Part shown: one piece after another, positions 44,965 to 51,798 of the stretch
How positions within the stretch are numbered: position 1 is the stretch's first letter
Layout: every line of letters starts with the position of its first letter
Sequence record: NC_041878.1
Strand: one strand, 5' to 3'
DNA: 64,000 nucleotides
Notes under the pieces: model-generated
Databases searched by the model: none
What the model was told of the DNA's origin: nothing
Seen by the model: only the letters and a program-made list of their open reading frames with translations
Program-made: the position numbers and the translations under genes

Positions 44965-44982
44965 ATTTTAAGGTAGATTTAA

Positions 44983-45384
44983 ATGGCAATTTACATTAAC
45001 GATGTAAAAATAGAAAACGATGCATACGGTCATGGGCGTTTTAGAATTGAATATAAAGATAAAGCTGTAGTAGTTGAACGTTATCATTTTAATCATTTGT
45101 ATGATACGTTAGACCATCGTCAAATGTACAATTTTATAGTACGCGAATTCTTCAATGAGAAACCTGATATGATGTATGATGAATATTTCGGCACTGATTC
45201 ATATGATGTGGATCGTGAAACTGAGCGTCTTAAAAAATTAAAAATAGAACAATTCGAACGTGGTATTCGTGGCGAAAAAGGTAAAGAACAAAAGCCAACT
45301 CCAAAACAAGTTAATGATAGAAAGCGTACATCGACTTTTTGGGGTATGTTGATACAACAGGATATTATCGATGGAATTTCATGA
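44983..45384 (+). CDS. hypothetical protein, FW-motif member 1
   Basis: ends STFWGMLIQQDIIDGIS. Confidence 0.7.
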   Translation: MAIYINDVKIENDAYGHGRFRIEYKDKAVVVERYHFNHLYDTLDHRQMYNFIVREFFNEKPDMMYDEYFGTDSYDVDRETERLKKLKIEQFERGIRGEKGKEQKPTPKQVNDRKRTSTFWGMLIQQDIIDGIS

Positions 45385-45514
45385 ATTAGAAGATGCTATA
45401 AGATGGCACATCAACTACATAACTACTGTAGTGAAACCTGATTATGTAATCAAATTGAATGAATCATTTTGGGGTTCATTGTTAGTTGAGGATTTCATTG
45501 ATGCAAACAATTGA
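45371..45514 (+). CDS. small protein, FW-motif member 2 (not in ORF track)
   Basis: 47 aa, MEFHELEDAIRW...ESFWGSLLVEDFIDANN. Confidence 0.6.
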   Translation: MEFHELEDAIRWHINYITTVVKPDYVIKLNESFWGSLLVEDFIDANN

Positions 45515-45716
45515 TAAAATGTTTGAGTACGATTTTGGGATTGATTATTCTGACACTCGTAGCTCAGCACAAGAAATTGCAAGACAACTACGTGCTGTTC
45601 GTGAGAACCGTAGTCGTGAACGACATAATGAAGTACTAATCGATGTACATCAAAAAGAACAAAGTTTTTGGTACTCTCTTATTAAAGAAGATATTATGAA
45701 TAAGGTAGAAAAATGA
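45486..45716 (+). CDS. small protein, FW-motif member 3
   Basis: ends QSFWYSLIKEDIMNKVEK; true start probably a downstream ATG. Confidence 0.65.
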   Translation: MRISLMQTIDKMFEYDFGIDYSDTRSSAQEIARQLRAVRENRSRERHNEVLIDVHQKEQSFWYSLIKEDIMNKVEK

Positions 45717-46828
45717 AAAAATACATTGTTGGTGGTTTCGTTCGCGATAAACTGTTGGGTTTACAGCCAAAAGATAAAGATTATGTACTGGTTGGTGCTA
45801 AATCAAAAGATATTACGTATCTTGAAAGTATTGGTTACAAACAAGTCGGTGCAGATTTTCCAGTATATCTATCACCTGAAGGTGATGAATACGCTCTGGC
45901 TCGCATCGAACGTAAAACTGGTACTGGTTATGATGGCTTTACGGTAGAAACCCAGGGTGTTACTTTGGAGCAGGATCTATTCCGACGCGATTTAACGATT
46001 AATGCGATTGCATGGGACCCAATTACCAAAACACATGTTGATCCATATAATGGTAAAGAAGATTTGAATAATAAAGTACTGAAACATGTATCTGATGCAT
46101 TTAAAGAAGACCCACTTCGTGTTCTGCGTCTTGCACGTTTTGCTGCCCGTTATTCTGATTTTAAAGTACATCCAAGTACTGACGCTATGGTTCGTAAAAT
46201 GGTAGCTGATGGTGAAATCAATCATTTGACCAAAGAGCGTGTTTATGTAGAATTTGAAAAAGCATTCTCAGAGAAGACGCCAAGTATTTTCTTGAAATAC
46301 TTAAAAGATATTGGTGCATTATCAGTACTTTTGCCTACATTCAATTGTACTGCAAAAGATCTGGAGCTTATTGACCAGATCGTAAATACATGCTCTGAAC
46401 AATATCGTGATGAGTTTATTTGGACGGTGATTCTATCTAACAGTACTGCGAATAGTGAGTACATCGTTGGTGGAATTAAATTACCTGCACGTATGGTGAA
46501 ATTCAGCAATTTCATCAAAAAACATGCTGAACGTTTAATTAAATTCAGGAAGCAAAAACCTGAAGATATGGTTGAACTGTTCACGTCAATGAATATCAAA
46601 AACAATGGTGGTGAAGAATTCCTTTATAAAGTAACTGAATACTTCATTGTTCGTCGTGAAATGGATAATGAGCTTGAGGATTTAATTGTCAAGGTATTTG
46701 ATCGTTTTACTGATGCACCGATTGGTAACATTGAAGAAATGGTAAAAACTGGCAAACTCAAATCGTCAGAGATCCGTAATTATATTAAGAACATTCAAAA
46801 CATTGAAGTTAAAAAGATGTTCGTATAA
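45713..46828 (+). CDS. cca: class II tRNA nucleotidyltransferase (CCA-adding), no HD domain
   Basis: VGGFVRD...KDKD, DFPV, EYALAR, DLFRRDLTINA, EDPLRVLRLARF. Confidence 0.93.
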   Translation: MKKYIVGGFVRDKLLGLQPKDKDYVLVGAKSKDITYLESIGYKQVGADFPVYLSPEGDEYALARIERKTGTGYDGFTVETQGVTLEQDLFRRDLTINAIAWDPITKTHVDPYNGKEDLNNKVLKHVSDAFKEDPLRVLRLARFAARYSDFKVHPSTDAMVRKMVADGEINHLTKERVYVEFEKAFSEKTPSIFLKYLKDIGALSVLLPTFNCTAKDLELIDQIVNTCSEQYRDEFIWTVILSNSTANSEYIVGGIKLPARMVKFSNFIKKHAERLIKFRKQKPEDMVELFTSMNIKNNGGEEFLYKVTEYFIVRREMDNELEDLIVKVFDRFTDAPIGNIEEMVKTGKLKSSEIRNYIKNIQNIEVKKMFV

Positions 46829-46831
46829 TTA

Positions 46832-46860
46832 TGAAACAGCTTTAAAAATTATGGTATAGT
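46832..46860 (+). promoter_or_regulatory. TGAAAC-class promoter
   Basis: TGAAAC-N17-TATAGT with extended TG. Confidence 0.65.
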
Positions 46861-46893
46861 ATAGGTATCTGATAATTTTAGTGAGAAATTCAT

Positions 46894-47316
46894 ATGCGTT
46901 ATACATGTGGGATAATTTTTTACCGCGACGGTCAGATACTTATAGGTCATACAACTGGTCAAACTCATTGGGATCTTCCGAAAGGAAAAACCGAAGAAGG
47001 TGAAACCTACAAAGAAGCAGCAGTTCGTGAATGTTATGAAGAAACAGGATACGAAATATCTGAAGACGACCTTCTCTTTATAGGGGAGGTCGCTTATCGT
47101 AAGGGAAAGCGTTTAGTACTATTCTTTTACACGGCTCCAGATAAACCTGATGTTGAACAGTTAGAATGCCTTAGTACATATACGAACCGTTATGGTCAAG
47201 AAAAACCAGAACTAGATAAGTTTATGTATATTGACGTGGAAGATTGTCAGTACTACCTAACTGAACGTATGTGTAATAGTATAATTAAGGCTGTCACACA
47301 ATTCATGGAAAAATAA
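46894..47316 (+). CDS. Nudix hydrolase
   Basis: Nudix box PKGKTEEGETYKEAAVRECYEETG. Confidence 0.92.
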   Translation: MRYTCGIIFYRDGQILIGHTTGQTHWDLPKGKTEEGETYKEAAVRECYEETGYEISEDDLLFIGEVAYRKGKRLVLFFYTAPDKPDVEQLECLSTYTNRYGQEKPELDKFMYIDVEDCQYYLTERMCNSIIKAVTQFMEK

Positions 47317-47341
47317 AATATAAACATAATAAGGGAATATT

Positions 47342-47578
47342 ATGAACGTAAAAATGTATGGTCGTGCACAAGGATGTAAGTTTTGTGATCGTGCTAAGCT
47401 CATTTGTGAAATGAATGGGTTTGATTTAGAATTTATTGATATGGAAGCACAAGGTCTAAGTGCTGCTGATTTAGCAGAAATCGTCGGTGAACCAGTACGA
47501 ACAGTACCGCAAATTTTCGTAGATGAACAGTACATTGGAGGATGTGATAAGTTTGAAGCTTTTCTAAAAGGAGAATAA
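47342..47578 (+). CDS. glutaredoxin
   Basis: CKFC active site; TVPQIFV; YIGG. Confidence 0.9.
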   Translation: MNVKMYGRAQGCKFCDRAKLICEMNGFDLEFIDMEAQGLSAADLAEIVGEPVRTVPQIFVDEQYIGGCDKFEAFLKGE

Positions 47579-47579
47579 T

Positions 47580-47993
47580 ATGAGTCTATATAAGACCATT
47601 CAAACGGAAAGACAAAATGCACTCGGTAATAATCGAGTCAAGTATAGCCTATTTGGTGTAATTATTGCTGAAGTACAACGTAAAACAACTTCTGCTGATG
47701 TAGAAGATTCTGTAGTTATTCAAATTATCAAGAAACTACTAGAGAGTGTTAATGAAACTCTAGCAGTTGCTAGTACTGAACAACCAGAATTAGAAGAAGA
47801 AAAAGTACTTCTCACCAATCTCCTACCTAAGCAACTATCAAACGATGAACTACTTGCTATTATGCAAGCAGCAATCGCTGCCGATCCAGCAATGGCAGAG
47901 AAAAAGAATATGTTCCCTTACCTAAAAGCTAACTATGATGGTCAGTATAATGGTAAAGATGCAAATACTCTATTCAGTCAGTTAGGTGCATAA
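47580..47993 (+). CDS. GatB/YqeY-domain protein
   Basis: EEEKVLLTNLLPKQLSNDEL; LKANYDGQYNGK. Confidence 0.8.
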   Translation: MSLYKTIQTERQNALGNNRVKYSLFGVIIAEVQRKTTSADVEDSVVIQIIKKLLESVNETLAVASTEQPELEEEKVLLTNLLPKQLSNDELLAIMQAAIAADPAMAEKKNMFPYLKANYDGQYNGKDANTLFSQLGA

Positions 47994-47995
47994 AA

Positions 47996-48340
47996 ATGAA
48001 AAGACAGGATTCGTCAGATATTAATGCGTATATTCTTGATGAAGATACTCATTATAAAGTCAACAAGTCTCACTTTACTTTAGGTGAACGTAATATTCGT
48101 GATATGCATCAGCGTCATCAGGAACGTTTGAAGAAAGTACAAGAGCTTGCTAAACAGTTAGGTGTAGAATATGAACCATGTTTGCCAAGTGCAAATGAAG
48201 TAATTACTCACACTGAATTAGTCCAAAAGTATTATCAAAACAAAGAGTTATACGATTCTGTTTTGGAAAAAGTACTTTCGGTGTGTACACCAGAAGAAGT
48301 TTTAAAATATATCGATGAGCAATTGAATAGCCCTAAATAA
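47996..48340 (+). CDS. hypothetical protein
   Basis: 114-aa ORF in operon context. Confidence 0.65.
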   Translation: MKRQDSSDINAYILDEDTHYKVNKSHFTLGERNIRDMHQRHQERLKKVQELAKQLGVEYEPCLPSANEVITHTELVQKYYQNKELYDSVLEKVLSVCTPEEVLKYIDEQLNSPK

Positions 48341-48342
48341 TA

Positions 48343-48630
48343 TTGAAGGAAAAGAATTCCTTCAGATTACAATTTGGGAGAGAAATTATGCTTAGTTTCC
48401 GTGAAAAATTAGCCAAAGGCATTTTTGAAAGCGTTAAATCAACAGTAAACATTCCTAAGAAATCTGCTTTCTTAGGTACGATTACCGAAGATGGGTATTG
48501 CGACTATGAAGTACCCGAAGACACATGGTACTTATTGAAAGATAATAAACGCGGCACAAGACTTCACCAAAGTAATATTGCAAGAAAACATCGTAAAGAG
48601 ACAAAACGAATCCGTTTCGGATTAGAATAA
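48343..48630 (+). CDS. basic hypothetical protein
   Basis: start uncertain (TTG 48343 or a downstream ATG); TAAATA at 48334. Confidence 0.55.
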   Translation: MKEKNSFRLQFGREIMLSFREKLAKGIFESVKSTVNIPKKSAFLGTITEDGYCDYEVPEDTWYLLKDNKRGTRLHQSNIARKHRKETKRIRFGLE

Positions 48631-48633
48631 TTC

Positions 48634-48660
48634 AAAGGGCATCTTAGGATGCCCTTTTTT
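48634..48660 (+). terminator. intrinsic terminator
   Basis: AAAGGGCATC-TTAG-GATGCCCTTT plus T run. Confidence 0.85.
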
Positions 48661-48674
48661 CAATTGAGGAAACT

Positions 48675-49175
48675 ATGATTAATTATTTTTATGGTAATCT
48701 ATTCGAACTAGTACTGAACCAGCAACAACGCTGGGAACAAGATGTACATTTCATCATTCACGGTTGTAATGCACAGGGTCGTATGGGTTCTGGATTTGCC
48801 AAAGAACTACGTTCACGTTTCCCAAATGCATATGATGATTATATTGCAGCATATGAAGCTGGAAATAATCGTCTTAAACTTGGAACAGTTGTATATCATG
48901 CGGCTGAAACTGACCTGATTATTGCGAACGCCATTACCCAAGAATTCTATGGATATGATGGTGCTAAATATGTCAGCTATGATGCAATTGATGATGTTTT
49001 CAAAGAACTGAATCATACTGCTTCATTATTAAAAACTGTTTCAGGGAAAGAAGAAGTACATTTCCATTTCCCTAAAATCGGATCTGCTTTAGGTGGTGGT
49101 GATTGGGATGTTATTGAATCAATTATCAATCATCGTGTAACTGAAGCAACAAAAAATTTATATGAACTGAAATAA
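48675..49175 (+). CDS. macrodomain (Appr-1''-p processing / T4 Tk.4-like) protein
   Basis: IIHGCNAQGRMGSGFA; FPKIGSALGGGDW. Confidence 0.9.
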   Translation: MINYFYGNLFELVLNQQQRWEQDVHFIIHGCNAQGRMGSGFAKELRSRFPNAYDDYIAAYEAGNNRLKLGTVVYHAAETDLIIANAITQEFYGYDGAKYVSYDAIDDVFKELNHTASLLKTVSGKEEVHFHFPKIGSALGGGDWDVIESIINHRVTEATKNLYELK

Positions 49176-49201
49176 ACAACAACAACACAAGGATGTGTAA
49201 A

Positions 49202-49531
49202 ATGGCTCAGATTAAAGAAGCAAGTAACGTAAAACTAATTTTTCTAAATGGTATTGGACCAATCATTGCAACTATCCAAAGCGATGTTACTGATGCTATC
49301 GTTGTACGTAACCCATGTCAGTTCGGCCTAGATGAGCAAAACGAACTAACTATTCGTGATTATCTAGAAGGTATTAGTAATCCAGAAGAAGATGTTATTT
49401 TCATGAAGTACAACATCGTATCTGTAACTACTCCTGTAGCTGAAATTGCTGCTGCGTATGTAAGTGCATTAGAAGCACTCGAAGATAACAGTCCAAAACT
49501 ATTTGTACCAGACCAAAAAATCATTCTATAA
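49202..49531 (+). CDS. hypothetical protein (possible Sm-like fold)
   Basis: short beta-rich ORF ending LFVPDQKIIL. Confidence 0.6.
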   Translation: MAQIKEASNVKLIFLNGIGPIIATIQSDVTDAIVVRNPCQFGLDEQNELTIRDYLEGISNPEEDVIFMKYNIVSVTTPVAEIAAAYVSALEALEDNSPKLFVPDQKIIL

Positions 49532-49540
49532 AGGTAACAC

Positions 49541-49903
49541 ATGAGTGTAAGTCAAGCAATAGTGGTTGTTAAAGGACAATCACCTATGGATTTAGTACGT
49601 ATGGCAACACGTGCAGGAATGGAAATTATGTATCAGTTTGATCCATCACGTTCTGCATATGCAGGTGTAGCTGAACATAAGCAATTTGCAGCGGATTTCA
49701 CCGAATGGGCTGAAACTGGATACGAGCAAAATCTATATATTGCTGAAGATTCAGATATGTTGGTTGAAATCGAACTATTTTGTAACATGGAAGGTGCACC
49801 AACAAACTTCATCGATGGAGAATCAGAAACATTAATTCTCGTAATTGGTCCATTTGATTCTGACAGAATTAAGTACTTCACTCAGAACTGTACAAAGATT
49901 TAA
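49541..49903 (+). CDS. divergent Pth2-like (peptidyl-tRNA hydrolase fold) protein
   Basis: QAIVVVK start, W..TG.EQNLYIAEDSDML, LVIGP...IKYFT end resemble Pth2; catalytic KGK..AQ..HA and DAG.T motifs absent. Confidence 0.45.
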   Translation: MSVSQAIVVVKGQSPMDLVRMATRAGMEIMYQFDPSRSAYAGVAEHKQFAADFTEWAETGYEQNLYIAEDSDMLVEIELFCNMEGAPTNFIDGESETLILVIGPFDSDRIKYFTQNCTKI

Positions 49904-49909
49904 AGATGA

Positions 49910-49944
49910 ACCCCTAAATATGATATACAAACATGTTTAGGGGT
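49910..49944 (+). promoter_or_regulatory. late promoter within an RBS-sequestering hairpin
   Basis: ACCCCTAAATA pairs with TGTTTAGGGGT; TAAATA at 49915-49920. Confidence 0.65.
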
Positions 49945-49950
49945 ATTTTT

Positions 49951-50736
49951 ATGTCTTATAATTACGCTGGTAATCCAGATTCTCCACAGTACGATCACCG
50001 TGAAGAAATGAAACGTGTTATTACTGTTATGCTTGGTGCGGGTGCAGTTGAAGTTGAAATAACTGATGAACAATTAGAAGTCTGTATCGATAATGCTGTT
50101 GCAAACTATCGTGCATGGGCGGCTGCTTCAAAAGAAGAAGCATTTCTACATATGAAATTCTATGAGTCTGATTCAGTATATGAACTTCCTACTGAAGTTG
50201 AAATCGTGAAAAGAATCTATCGTCGTGGTAACGGTGTAGTTTCTGGTTCAGGGGCAACTGTTGATCCATTCTCACTTGCTTATAGTAATACATATCTATT
50301 AAGTGCGGTACGTGGAAGTACAGGCGGTGGTCTTTTAACATATGACCTATATCATCAATTTGATGAAACTGTTGGTCGTCTATTTGGTCGTGAAATTATG
50401 TTCCTATGGAACTCTGTGACCAAAAAACTAACATTAGAACGTGATATTCGTGGTGAAGAAGAAGTACTTCTACACGTATTCCATAATAAACCAGAACCTA
50501 TTTTGTTCAAGACTCAAAGTACTTATCCGTGGTTACGTGATTGGGCTTTATCTGAAGCAATGATGATTCTAGGCCGTAACCGTTCTAAATTTGCTACCCT
50601 ACCAGGGCCGCAAGGATCATTCTCAATGGATGGTGCAGACTTACTTCAAAATGCTATCCGTATGCAACAAGAATTGCGTGACAGATTACGTAAGTATGAA
50701 GATGGTAGTAACCCATTAGGCTTCATTATTGGCTAA
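49951..50736 (+). CDS. neck / head-completion protein (T4 gp13-like)
   Basis: LGAGAVEVEITDEQL...ID.A; WLRDWA; GRNRSKF...PGPQG...DG pattern. Confidence 0.8.
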   Translation: MSYNYAGNPDSPQYDHREEMKRVITVMLGAGAVEVEITDEQLEVCIDNAVANYRAWAAASKEEAFLHMKFYESDSVYELPTEVEIVKRIYRRGNGVVSGSGATVDPFSLAYSNTYLLSAVRGSTGGGLLTYDLYHQFDETVGRLFGREIMFLWNSVTKKLTLERDIRGEEEVLLHVFHNKPEPILFKTQSTYPWLRDWALSEAMMILGRNRSKFATLPGPQGSFSMDGADLLQNAIRMQQELRDRLRKYEDGSNPLGFIIG

Positions 50737-50744
50737 TATAAATA
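50737..50744 (+). promoter_or_regulatory. T4-type late promoter
   Basis: perfect TATAAATA at the base of hairpin 50744-50770. Confidence 0.65.
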
Positions 50745-50773
50745 CACCATAATAGAGATTATTGTGGTGTGTT

Positions 50774-51028
50774 ATGAAATATCAAGCATTTTTGGGTACT
50801 GATGAATTCACCTATAGTGGTGAGATTACAGAACTATATAAGAGAATTGAAGCATTTGTTGAAAGTACTGCTGAAGGTAGTACCAGAACATGTGCGTTTG
50901 AAATTCTTAACGATGTTGTGGCAAATATTCCACATTTTTACGCTTCGGTTGAATTCCCAGCATGGGCTGAAGCACTATTTTTAATTCAATTTTATGAATA
51001 TAGTTGGGAACTTTTGGAAGAATCTTAA
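50774..51028 (+). CDS. hypothetical protein
   Basis: 84 aa from ATG 50774. Confidence 0.6.
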   Translation: MKYQAFLGTDEFTYSGEITELYKRIEAFVESTAEGSTRTCAFEILNDVVANIPHFYASVEFPAWAEALFLIQFYEYSWELLEES

Positions 51029-51066
51029 TAGGGTTCTTCCTTTTTTCGTTTAAAGGAAATATAAAC

Positions 51067-51708
51067 ATGGAACGTAAATTAATTGCAATTAATGGAACTA
51101 TTGGTTCTGGAAAAGACACTTTTTCACAAGTATTCATTGACGAAGGTTATCATCGTGTATCATTTGCAGAAACTTTGAAAGATGCTGTAAGTGCTATATT
51201 TGGCTGGGATCGTGAAATGCTAGAAGGAAGTACTAAAGAATCTCGTGAAATTCGTGAGCAGCCTGACGAATATTGGTCAGCTAAACTAGGTAGAACTGTA
51301 ACTCCACGCTGGGTACTTCAAAATTTTGGTACTGATGTATGTAGAAAGTACTTTCACGATAACATTTGGGTATTCAGTGCAGAAAATAAAATCAGAAATG
51401 CCGAACATGATAAAATCATTATTACTGATTGCCGCTTTCCAAATGAATTAAAAATGATTCGTGAAAATAATGGAATCATAATTGAAGTACAACGCAATCT
51501 ACCTGTGTGGTATTGGGATGCATATAAGCATAATCAGCTTATTGCTGCTGGGGAACAACCTGCAATCCCACTAGAATTACGATATAATATCCATTCATCT
51601 GAATACGGTTGGGTAGGTTTGAATTATCCAGACTTCATTGTTGAGAATAATTCTACCATTGAAGATTTGCATAAACAAGCTTATACAATTTTATCACAAA
51701 TTGGCTGA
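51067..51708 (+). CDS. deoxynucleoside monophosphate kinase (T4 gp1-like)
   Basis: INGTIGSGKDT, SFAETLKD, TPRWVLQNFGTD, ITDCRFPNE. Confidence 0.9.
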   Translation: MERKLIAINGTIGSGKDTFSQVFIDEGYHRVSFAETLKDAVSAIFGWDREMLEGSTKESREIREQPDEYWSAKLGRTVTPRWVLQNFGTDVCRKYFHDNIWVFSAENKIRNAEHDKIIITDCRFPNELKMIRENNGIIIEVQRNLPVWYWDAYKHNQLIAAGEQPAIPLELRYNIHSSEYGWVGLNYPDFIVENNSTIEDLHKQAYTILSQIG

Positions 51709-51730
51709 TATATTAGTTTACATACATAAG

Positions 51731-51798
51731 ATTTAATCCTCTAATAAATAACATTATACGAATATTCGAATAAACCCAAAATTTTTGGAGGATTAAAT
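51731..51798 (+). promoter_or_regulatory. late promoter within a 15-bp RBS-sequestering hairpin
   Basis: ATTTAATCCTCTAAA (51731-51745) pairs with TTTGGAGGATTAAAT (51784-51798); TAAATA at 51742-51747. Confidence 0.7.
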
